The translations under genes were made by a program, and so were the position numbers. 64,000 nt of DNA from Spirochaetia bacterium (GTDB taxonomy: Bacteria; Spirochaetota; Spirochaetia; UBA9216). The stretch is from assembly GCA_965140585.1 (NCBI GenBank), contig OZ223269.1:1088001-1152000 (forward strand), in the 5' to 3' direction. Positions 1 to 10,500 of this stretch are shown here, in pieces; positions within the stretch are counted from its first letter, which is position 1; every line of letters begins with the position of its first letter. Below the pieces are notes generated by a model, which made no database searches, was not told where the DNA came from, and saw only the letters and a list, made by a program, of their open reading frames with translations.

Positions 1-2
1 AC

Positions 3-98
3 AGTACAATGAAAAAAGCAGGAGTGAATGAGGAAGATTTAACCACGGAAAAGATCACGGCAAGAGTAAGAGAAATTAATTCTTTAAATCTTACCTAG
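3..98 (+). CDS. 3' end of a gene entering from the left edge (…STMKKAGVNEEDLTTEKITARVREINSLNLT*), unknown product
   Basis: Open frame from the window edge to TAG at 96-98 with plausible amino-acid composition; too short to classify. Confidence 0.45.
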   Translation, partial: STMKKAGVNEEDLTTEKITARVREINSLNLT

Positions 99-240
99 AC
101 CTCTTACAAAGCCTGGCCCTATATTAACTGTGTGCACCCGCAAAGCCCGACCCGATATTACCGTGGTTAAACAAACTCGTTTGGAACACAAACAAGTGAA
201 GAATCAAGAACTTTTTATATTTCTCAATTTAAAGAAAACT

Positions 241-330
241 GCGTTAGGGATGGTAAGGGCGCCGACAGGCGGTTGAAAACCGAAGGTTTTTAACGGAACC
301 CCTGAACAGCCCGGCCGATAGGCAACGCCC
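241..330 (+). ncRNA. Flavo-1-like structured RNA/repeat, copy 1
   Basis: GCGTTAGGGAT…ACAGCCCGGCC…GGCAACGCCC frame. GCGTT(241-245) pairs with AACGC(324-328) and GGG(247-249) with CCC(310-312). Internal hairpins CGCC-gaca-GGCG and GTTGAAAACC-gaa-GGTTTTTAAC. Matches my recollection of the Flavo-1 motif (Bacteroidota/Spirochaetota). Confidence 0.6.
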
Positions 331-336
331 AAATAA

Positions 337-609
337 ATAAGAAACTACACCCAAGCATTTGAACTGCCCGAAGGCCTTGTATCGATGACCTGGTATGCCC
401 TTGACAACCACGATTACCGTGAAGAAACCCACATAGAAGTATTCAACATAGACACAATAGCTCCGGTAACCCAGCTTACAACCGACGGCGAACAGTATGA
501 AGAAGGCTGTTTCAACGCAGAGACGATGACACTTTCATTAAGCTCAAGCGACGAAACAAGCGGAGTACTTGGTACCTTGAAGTTGAGAATGAGGATGCGG
601 TACTCATAG
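337..609 (+). pseudogene. Fragment of a bacterial Ig-like (OmpL47/Big-type) repeat protein
   Basis: Frame reads NYTQAFELPEGLVSMTWYALDNHDYREETHIEVFNIDTIAPVT…SSSDETSGV, with IDTxAP and DxxSGV Ig-repeat motifs. No signal peptide; the frame loses coherence after ~575. Confidence 0.6.
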
Positions 610-773
610 GCGAAGGAAACGAGCATTACTTACATACCTGTACTTGCGGCATCGCTTTCGATGCTGCTTTCTGGAATAGACTATTTAAAATAACATATTG
701 TAAACCCACAGCATCCGACTATATATTACCATATTTATAAATAATATTTAGTTATTCTTTTACAAACTACAAC

Positions 774-899
774 GCGTTACGGACCTGGAGGGCGCCGATA
801 GGCGGTCGAATAAAAAGCCGGAGGCTTTTATTTGACTGAACCCCGGAATGGCCGGACCCGGAACGGAAAAGCAAAGCTTTTTTGTGCAGGGGAACGCCC
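774..899 (+). ncRNA. Flavo-1-like structured RNA/repeat, copy 2
   Basis: GCGTTACGGA…GGGCGCCGATAGGCGG…GCCGGACCC…GGGAACGCCC. Same architecture as 241-330, with a compensatory change (CGG 780-782 / CCG 852-854) and longer variable hairpins. Confidence 0.6.
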
Positions 900-1031
900 G
901 ATAAAAATACCATATCCTGTATAACAGCCGACCGGCCTTTAATAATAAAATATAAATTATTTTAATCAATATTTTTCTCTTTTTTAAATCAACATGGATT
1001 TTTAATGTTTCTTTGAATAAAAGGAATATCT

Positions 1032-4000
1032 ATGAAAAAATATTTAATTTTAAAAGTATTATTTTTCTTATTAATTTGTATACATCCAATTTTTTCACAA
1101 ACACTATTAATCCCGGATGGCTATGCAGAGGAAACTTTAATCCTGTACTTATATAATGATGAAGGAAGTTTAAAAACAAGTGATACTAAACCTACTGAAA
1201 TTGCAAGTGACTCAATAATCTGTTTTAATATCAATCTATTAGTCAACGGTCTTTTCAACAATCAAAATACAACCTACGCCAGAGAAAATACTACAATAAA
1301 AATTCTGATAAAAAATTTAAATAATGAAATTGCATATGAATTCACAAATGATATAGGTTTAGATGGTGGTGTTTTTAATAAAAATGTTTTAATCCCCAAA
1401 AATCATTATATGCAGGTTACTATAACCAAAGCATGTACCTGGACGGTTTCAATTCCCGGAGGGATAAACTACCACTATGCAAGTTATGATTTCAGTCATA
1501 CATCCGGTTCAACTTATCAAGATACAATTGGTCCTTCTGAAGATGGTGTTTTTCAAGTAGATGGAACATATGTTAATGGCTATGATAAAGATGGAAATAC
1601 AATAAATCAAGTTTTTACTCCCGATAATTTCAATATTTCATGCGAGGTTTTAGATACTGCTCAAGACGTTTCACACTATTGGCCGTCAACCGAAGGCGTT
1701 TATTCATCCGGGATAAAAGGATACACAATCTCCGTTTCAAATACGTCTATAGTTAAAAAGTTTTATTCTAAACTTAAAGAAGTTCCTATTTTTAATGGAA
1801 TTAATATTAATACTGGTTCATATACTATAAGCGGGTATGTGTCAGATAACGCTTCTCATAATAGTGATATCGATTCAAAAGATGTATTTTTTGATACTAC
1901 AGGACCGGCAGCGCCATCGTCTGAAAATATTTTCATCAATGAATCAAGCCTCTTTGAACAGGGAATTTTAAAAAATATTTACACAACTAGTCCAATTATT
2001 ATTTCTTCCACTGTCCCTGAGGATTCAGGAGATATTAGAGCAGGTGTTAGTTCAGATGATGGATTTATAGAATTATTTCAAAATAATATCCTGTTAGACA
2101 CCTACAATCCAAATACACTGATAGATTTGTCAAGCGGAGTATATCAGGCATCTATATATTTTAATGACAAATTGGGAAATATCGGTAATAAATCAAATAT
2201 AAATTTCAACATTGATAATATCCCCCCTGAAGCGCCTTTATTCAAATCACTTGCGCATTGTTTTCCGAGCTCTAATGACAGCACCCTGATTTTCATTCCA
2301 ACGGGAACAGAAGACATCATATCATGGCTTCCAGCAATGGATGGCACTGAACAATGGCAAAGCGGCACCGATGAGGATGATTATAAGCTTAGGATAACTA
2401 ATCCGCATATACTTCAAGGCCAGACAGTATTATCGGCAGACATGAACCAAATTCAACTGAATGATGGCTGTTTTACGGTTAAAATCCCACAGGAAAGCAG
2501 CGGTTTAAATGAAAGTGTAGATTATTACTATATTTACGTTACAGCTTCTGATAAAGCCGGGAATAAAGTTGAAAGCGAGTACACGTTAAAAGTCAGAACT
2601 CTGCCTGAGAATATTGATGACATTGAAATCATCGAGAATGATGGTAAATATTATTTTGAATGGACATATAACAATAAAGGCGGTGCTGAAGGTTATTGTT
2701 TTGATATAGTCATTAGAGATCCCTCAGATCAAATAGAAATATGGAATAATAGCGATGAAATATTATGGGAAGAAGATAAAACTTACAAAATTCAAATACC
2801 TGCAGAATTTATTGAACAAAATAAATTAAAAACAAAACTTGAGTATGTAGCAGACATATACGTTGATAAGGGTGCAGCACTTGAAAACATACAGAATCAT
2901 ACAAAAATAAGTTTCAGGTTACAGAATATTCTTCCTGACTTATCCCCTGATAACGATTTTATAATTCCTGATACAGGTGAAATATTTAAAGCAGGATTCC
3001 CTTCTCATGAACTGATTCAGAGTAAGGATGCAGAAGGCGATTTACTTGGACTCAAGCTTTATTATAAAAAAGTGTCAGAATCATTGTATAAGGATGTTGA
3101 TGCAGGTTTTTCCGGTTCAGGACTTCCTCTTTTATCAATAAATGATGAAACAGATAATATTCCTGTTCTATCAGAAACTGGGGTATATGATTGCTATCTT
3201 GAAATAACAGAATATTACTACGATTGGGACGGTTCTCTAAAAGTTTGGGAAGATTTTGAGAATAGCAGTTCCTATCTTTCCTTTGAACGTTGGCGTTCTG
3301 ATATTCGGCAATTCGCTATAGATAATGCCCCGCCATCTGGAACCTTAACTGCTAAATCAGGTTCTGAAGAGAGTTTGATTGATCTTCATGCATCTATTCA
3401 CGACTGGAGCGGGGCTGCCAGCAGCGGTGTTTCTGAAATCATAATATGGAATGATGTGAATGGTACCGGTTACTCCTCTATAAGTAACAACATTTCAGAT
3501 GTGTCCTCTGATATCGGGTACTTAGTTGAAGTTTCTGATCCTGATGGAATGAATATTACCGGATGGCCGATGGAACTCATAGACACTCTCGTTTGTACCA
3601 AAATGATTGTTTATGATAATGTCGGAAACTATTCAGATGTAATATCCGTTACCGGTGATACAGATAACAATCCACCCGAAGTAGTAATAAATCAATCATT
3701 ATTGGAAACCCGTGTCGGCGAAATATGGCACTGCCCATCCGAAATTTCCTTCTACTCTGCAATTGATCCGGATGGAGATGAACTTAGCTTTTTCTGGGAT
3801 TTCGATGATGGATACACCAGCACCGAAGCATACCCGACACACAGCTATACAGAAAGCGGAGAGTTTACAGTAACACTCAAAGTGAGTGACTGGTGGGGAC
3901 AAAGTACTGAAGTCAATTTTATTTTAGATGCATTAAATACGACATCAGGTGAGCTTCTGGTTAGTGAAACCTGGAGCGGAGAACACATACTTACCGGCGT

Positions 4001-4505
4001 AGTTGTTGTTCCAGCAGGATTAAGTCTGACTATATCTGAAGGAACATTGGTTTGCACTACAGCTGATACCGGAATTACTGTTTTGGAAGGAGCTTCTATT
4101 GAAATTAAGGGAACCCCAACATCTTCAGCAATTATTGGTCCTCTATTTTCCGCTGAACCGATGCCTTATTGGAATGGTCTTCTCATAAAAGGTGAAGGAA
4201 ATATCACATTTACTAAGTTTTCAAATGCTGACAGGGCTGTTGCTGCTGGTCCTTTTTCTACAGTCACAATTTATAATTGTAATTTTACCGATAACCGTAT
4301 AGGCCTTCACATTGTAAGTTCATCGGTAATCCTGTCGGGTGAAAATAGCTTTACAGGTAATATCTGGTACGGCATCAAGGAAGATTTTGTTACGGAACAT
4401 CCGGATCTAAATGGATGCCTGTTTAGTGAAAATAAAAATGATTATTACCATCAGGACCTGCTCATCCTGCATGGAAATGAACTTATCGAATATATCGAAA
4501 ATTAA
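1032..4505 (+). CDS. Large secreted protein with Ig-like repeats, PKD domain and C-terminal right-handed beta-helix; partner gene upstream of Rhs
   Basis: N-terminal signal peptide; DTTGP/DNIPP/DKAGN Ig-repeat motifs; PKD motif DPDGDELSFFWDFDDG…HSYTESGEFTVTLKVSD; C-terminal ETWSGEHILTG…FTDNRIG beta-helix; AAGGA SD. Confidence 0.8.
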   Translation: MKKYLILKVLFFLLICIHPIFSQTLLIPDGYAEETLILYLYNDEGSLKTSDTKPTEIASDSIICFNINLLVNGLFNNQNTTYARENTTIKILIKNLNNEIAYEFTNDIGLDGGVFNKNVLIPKNHYMQVTITKACTWTVSIPGGINYHYASYDFSHTSGSTYQDTIGPSEDGVFQVDGTYVNGYDKDGNTINQVFTPDNFNISCEVLDTAQDVSHYWPSTEGVYSSGIKGYTISVSNTSIVKKFYSKLKEVPIFNGININTGSYTISGYVSDNASHNSDIDSKDVFFDTTGPAAPSSENIFINESSLFEQGILKNIYTTSPIIISSTVPEDSGDIRAGVSSDDGFIELFQNNILLDTYNPNTLIDLSSGVYQASIYFNDKLGNIGNKSNINFNIDNIPPEAPLFKSLAHCFPSSNDSTLIFIPTGTEDIISWLPAMDGTEQWQSGTDEDDYKLRITNPHILQGQTVLSADMNQIQLNDGCFTVKIPQESSGLNESVDYYYIYVTASDKAGNKVESEYTLKVRTLPENIDDIEIIENDGKYYFEWTYNNKGGAEGYCFDIVIRDPSDQIEIWNNSDEILWEEDKTYKIQIPAEFIEQNKLKTKLEYVADIYVDKGAALENIQNHTKISFRLQNILPDLSPDNDFIIPDTGEIFKAGFPSHELIQSKDAEGDLLGLKLYYKKVSESLYKDVDAGFSGSGLPLLSINDETDNIPVLSETGVYDCYLEITEYYYDWDGSLKVWEDFENSSSYLSFERWRSDIRQFAIDNAPPSGTLTAKSGSEESLIDLHASIHDWSGAASSGVSEIIIWNDVNGTGYSSISNNISDVSSDIGYLVEVSDPDGMNITGWPMELIDTLVCTKMIVYDNVGNYSDVISVTGDTDNNPPEVVINQSLLETRVGEIWHCPSEISFYSAIDPDGDELSFFWDFDDGYTSTEAYPTHSYTESGEFTVTLKVSDWWGQSTEVNFILDALNTTSGELLVSETWSGEHILTGVVVVPAGLSLTISEGTLVCTTADTGITVLEGASIEIKGTPTSSAIIGPLFSAEPMPYWNGLLIKGEGNITFTKFSNADRAVAAGPFSTVTIYNCNFTDNRIGLHIVSSSVILSGENSFTGNIWYGIKEDFVTEHPDLNGCLFSENKNDYYHQDLLILHGNELIEYIEN

Positions 4506-4510
4506 AAAAG

Positions 4511-7500
4511 GTGAGTGTAAAAATGAAAATATCAGGAAGAATATCAATTATCATAGTTTTATTGTTTCTATCTCTGTCTAATATCCATGCTGCAGCAGGA
4601 AATCTTGAGCTGAGTGTAACAGGAGCTTCCAATAATACAGATGTGTTGAATCCTGCTGAGTATGCAGTAGATGATAGTATACTGACCTATTGGATGCTTT
4701 ATCCTGAAGAAACTGAAGGCTGGTTTGAAATCACTCTTAATGAATTATCATGCATTTATGCAATTGAGCTTTCTGGAACTCTTGATTTAGAAAATATTAT
4801 TAACTTTGAATACGATTCAAACGGAATCTGGAAAAGTTTTCTCAATCACGAACTTACTGCCATTAGCTCGAGTGGCGAATATATTGATGTATCCGCTTAT
4901 AAAATAGTAACCGATAAAATCAGGGTTTATCTGCAAGGTGAAGATACAAGTTACAGCAACATTGAAGATCTTAAGGTTTTTGGTGAGAGTTTTTCTGATA
5001 CATATCATAAATTTAACATAAAAAACATTAGCGGAGAAGAAAACATCTTCCACCCCTTATCAAACCTGTCAGATGAGAACACAAAAACTTATTGGGAAAC
5101 AGAAAGTATAGGGAACTGGGTGATAAATTTACTTCGCGGGGCAAGAAACTGGATTACAGAATGCTTTGAGAACGGAAACTTTAATTTTAGAAACCAGGAT
5201 ACGATGTGGAAAAATGAAAATGGTGCGGTGATTAGCTTACAGAGCTCATCTAAAATATATCGAATTAAAGCCTATCTTTCTGAAGATTATACCGGAGACG
5301 CCAGAATTAATTACCTGGCTGATGGTGAATGGACAGAAATTACAGTAATTGAAGAGGAGAATATAACTCCAGGCTGGCATATTATTGATATACCGTATGG
5401 TTTGGAAGCTGATTCAATTCAATTAATTTCTGATAAAACCAGTAGCACAGGCAGTTGGTGGTCATGGCTTTTCGGTTCCGACTCATCAGAAATTTCAGGA
5501 CTTTGTGAAATTGAATTCTGGGGTAAATCATATAGTCCTGTAACTGAGGCTCTAGCATTTTTCATCGAAGATACAGATTTAAACTCAGGGTTGAATGGCA
5601 TTTTTGATGCGTCTATATCTGATAATTATAAGGTTGAATTTATTCTGAATGTTAATTCCGGAAACTGTATAATTGCTGAAATAAACGGGAATCAGATTCA
5701 AGTTCCTCTATTAAAAGAAACAGATGGAGCCTTTTTTTATCAGGTTAAAATTGATAATGATTTACTTTGGAATGGAGACAACTTCCTAAGACTTGAGTCC
5801 CTTGACAATCATCTTATCCGCGGTTCAATTTCCGGTATTTCAAGAACGGGCATTCTTAACAATATTGGAGTACCGGATTATTTTACAGCAGATTCAACCG
5901 GTTATTATGAGATCGATCTTAATTCGGAAATTTCACTTGAAGAAGTTCTATTGACAACTAATAATATTTTCAATGAGAGGATTTTTTACAGATCAGAAAA
6001 TCAATGGTTTGAATTAACCTGGAGCGCGTTAACTTCTCATACATTAAAATATTCGGTTTATCTTTCAGAATCAGGAAATAATGTTAACCTGTCAGCTGAT
6101 TGCATACGAATTGAAGGATTGACATCGGGAACGCAATACGGGGTTACAGTTAAAGGCAGTAGAATAACCGATAGTGCTCCGCAGATTCAAATGTATTGGC
6201 CAAAAAATGGTGAAGTTATTGAACAAAGCAAACTCGGTACAATGTTCGCGGTAGGTTATGTCGATGATGAGAATGCTGTTATCAGTCTTAATGATGAAGA
6301 GGCACAGAATATCGGTAACCTTTTCTGGATTGCAAATATGCCGGGTAATATTATCACAGACGGTGAATATGCACTTCATATATCTGCAACGGATTTAGAA
6401 GGAAGGACCACTGAGAAAACTATATATTGGTCAAATATTGACAGCAATGTCTATAGTTGTGATCTGAGTGAAGAAATTATTTATACTCTTGATGATACAA
6501 TCAAAGTAGAAGGAAGGACTAATCCCTCAGCTTCTGTATATATCAATGAAGAAATAGTTGACGGCAGCAGCCGGCTCTATTCTAAAGATGTAGAACTTAT
6601 TCCGGGACTTAATATTATTACGATTAAATTCGTTCATCGGACACAGGGTATATTCGCACTGCTTCAGAGGCGGGTCTTCCTTGTCACAACAGAACCTGTT
6701 CTTGAAATTAGCAAGCCTGACGATATCGATTATACATCAGCACAGCAGATTGATTTGACAGGTATTTTATCAGTTGCCGGAGCATACGAAATTGAATGCG
6801 AAGATTATGAAGTGCAAGATGATGGAACTTTGTTTACTGTTGCTTCAGTAAGTCTTGTAAGTGGAGTCAATAATAATATTATAGTAACTTTGACGGATCA
6901 ATTCGGGAGAACTTCTACCGACAGCGTATCTGTTTTCTGTGATGTAAATACTCCGGTGTTAACAGGTTTATCACCGGAAAGAGGTTCAATACTATCTGAA
7001 AGTGTAAATACTTTTGTAATCACAGTCTCAGATGAAAGTGAGCTTTCAGTTTTTATGAATGGTTTGGTAGTACCCGGAGGAAGCGGAATATTTGAAAAGA
7101 CAATCTCTCTTTCAGACGGGTTTTATTCACTTCCCCTGGTTTTAAAGGATCAGGCTGGAAATACTAGGCAGGATTATCTTGATTATACAGTGGATACTGT
7201 ACCACCGGTTGATTTTACAGTTGATGTAACACCTGCCGGTTGGACTTCTGATAATCATCCTGTAATCAGTTTTAAAACGACGGATGCCACATCCGGTATT
7301 GATTACTACGAGATATCAATTGATGAAGGCAGCTACTATGTAATTAAAAGCCCGTACCAGCTGCCTGTTCAGGATGAAGGTGAGCACACAATTGCTGTTA
7401 GAGCTGTAGATAAAGCAGGACATATGACATATTCATATGCCGAAACAAAAACCGATACAATTCTACCCGAAGCTCTTACAACTTTCGATATAATTCCTGG

Positions 7501-10500
7501 AAATGCTGAGCTTAATCTATATTGGTCTGACGGTGAATCCGATGTAATTTCATATGAAATTATTAGAAGTCCTCAATGGGATGATGGAGAACAGCTTTGC
7601 ATTTCAAGAAGAGAAGATAATCAGGTATTTACCGATACCGAAGTATTAAACGGCTTTGAATATTCCTACAAAGTACGTGCTGTTGATCGTGCAGAGAATA
7701 AGAGCGGTTTTACCGCTACGATAAATGCTGTACCGGGTATTGAAACACAGGTTATTCCTGACAGCGGAAAGGTAAAAGCCGAGTATGAAACATCTGTGCT
7801 GTTTATAAATACAGAAAGCCTGCCTCCGGATGCTCAAAGTATACGAATAGCTGAACTTGCACCGGATTGGATAGAAGCTGAAGCCTTGAATTTTGAACAT
7901 ACTTTTGTTGGTTCGGTATACGATTTCACTCTGCTCGACAGTAATGATGAAGAAACCTCGCCTGGAATACTTTTTTCAGAATCCTATATAGGTGTACTAG
8001 ATTATGATCCTTCATTGCTACCATCCGGTTATTCTGAAGAAAACATCAGTGTTTACAGCTTTGATAAAAGATGGGGTAGATGGAGCAAACTGAAAAACTG
8101 TGCTGTAGATCCGGAGAACAATAAGGTTGTATTCAGTTCAAATCACTTTTCGCTCTATACTCCAGTCGCAGATTCCGTGGAAGATATTTCACCTGAGGAA
8201 ATCGCTGATTCAGGATATTCTCCATTTGGAACATATGTAAATCACGAAGGTTTCACCGTCAGTCCGCAGGGAGGGAATGCACATACTAGCGTTACTGAAC
8301 TTGTTTTAAGTGGACCCAATGGGTTTGATTTTGAACTTAAACGTTACTATGATCTTTCGGTTGCAAAAAGCGATACCCATGCGGACGTCCCTGTAGATGT
8401 AGTGAAATATCTTGAAAACCAGGGAGACTATGCTTATTCAATGGGGAATGGGTGGCGATTAAATCTTCCTTATATAAAGAATGCATCAGCTCAGCAATAT
8501 CTTATTATGCCTGATGGAAGTATGTTTGGTTTTAAATCGCTTCAATTAACGAATACTCCCGCTAAATCAGATAAGCGAAGCCTTATACTTGAATCACATA
8601 GCGGTGAACATTTCTCATTATTAGTCACACAGACGGAAAATGACAAAGAGGTATATTTTATTGGAGCAGGAGGCTCTAGTGAACAAAGCTGGATTAGTAC
8701 CTCATATACACTTACTCTGACAGATGGAAAACAATATATATTTGATGGAAAAGGAAGAACCACAGAAATTAAAAGCAGCGATGAAGAGTTTTCAATCAGT
8801 GTCAGCTATGCAAGTGGCAGCTATGAAATTGATAAAATATCAGATTCAGTTGGCCGATATCTTTCCTTTGAATATGCTGAAACTTCTGATTCTATAGATA
8901 TGCCATACATAAAAAAAATAAGTCTTGATTCAGCAGATCCATATAGAAGAAGCATCAGCTACACTCAGGAAAACGGTTACCTTATCTCTTCAATTGATAC
9001 TGGAGGAAGAAACTGGTCCTATGGATATGGCAATGAATATTATGTCGGAGGACCCAAAAATCCAGTCCCATTCAGTCTAACCGAAGCTCTTAAAGAATTT
9101 AATGATGATACAGATTTATATGATATTATTTCAAATCTGGCCGAACCAGTATCAGAATATACATACAAACCACTGTCAACAATCGAAGGTCCTGGTATGG
9201 GCAGAATTGAAGCAACATACGATACTGTTCATCCTAGTGACGATGAAAACGCATATTGCAGAGTTCTGACAAAGCAGGTAACTGTTTACAATGATTATGC
9301 TGCAGGAAGTGACGACAGTGTTAGAGCAACTATGTACGATTATGATTTTACAGATGCTGATAGTGACTACGGCTATTACATTTCAAAAAGTATTGTTGAT
9401 GAACTTAATCACAATAGATATATCGCATATAATTATGAATTCAAAAAACTAACAAAGACCTACTGGAGCGAGGAAGATGGAATCATCACTTCAGAAACAA
9501 TAGAAGATGATGAAAATTCAGGAAGCCGTTTTAATAATGAAAAATGGTATGAGAAAATAAATAACAGCAGCTCAAATTTAAAACTATTAAAAACAAAAAC
9601 TAAAAGCTATGCCGAAGAGACTGATGTAAATCCGTCATCCGAAAAAATAACACATGGTTTAGGAAATGATAGTATAACTACCAATTACACTTATGATGAT
9701 TGGGGTAATAGAACGGTAATTGAAGAGACTTCAGTTGCGGGTTCACGAGTACGTAAAAATATCACTTACCGTGACTATTCCAGCGGTGAAAGTGCATCAG
9801 GAGCTTCATATAAAGAATATTCTGAATCAGGACTTATAAATGAAAACGTGCCTGCCCGAATAAAGAATCTTGTAATTAAAGAACAAGTTACTAACTATAC
9901 TCCCTTAATTGACTCATTAGGGACAGGTGGTAATAATGCGGGAACTGCTGTGAAAGCATACAATTATTATTCATACGATGATAAGGGCAGACTAAACGGA
10001 AAATCGGTTTGGGACTCTTCAAATAATGTATGGAATAAAACTTTATATACTTGGAACAGTGCAGGGGACCTTTCCTCAATTACAGATTCTGAAAATCATG
10101 TTACATCATTCACCTATGATGCTAATCATTATATTTTAACCAAGACAGAAAAAGCTGTTACCGATGCTGATGGAAATCCGACTGATATAAAGTGGCAGTA
10201 TAAATATAATTACGCTGGATGGTTGATAAGTGAAACCGATCCCCGACAGAAGACTACTACAACAGCCTTTGACAAACTGGGTAGGGTTGTATCAAAAACA
10301 GAACCCGGAGACGCGGGGGACAACTATATCATCAATGTTTTTTACAATGATATTCCTGGACTATTGTATTCAACAATGACGGATTCACTTGGAAGAAAGA
10401 TTGTCAGAGAATATAACGATCTATCACAGATGGTTAAGCAGAGCAGCTACCTGGATTCAGCTACTGCATCTGTTATAGAGCTTGGATATGATCGCTTCGG

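Noticed and set aside
244-969. Minus-strand ORFs 244-432, 414-626 and 760-969
   Set aside because: They run antisense through the structured repeats and the Ig fragment; no recognisable protein features
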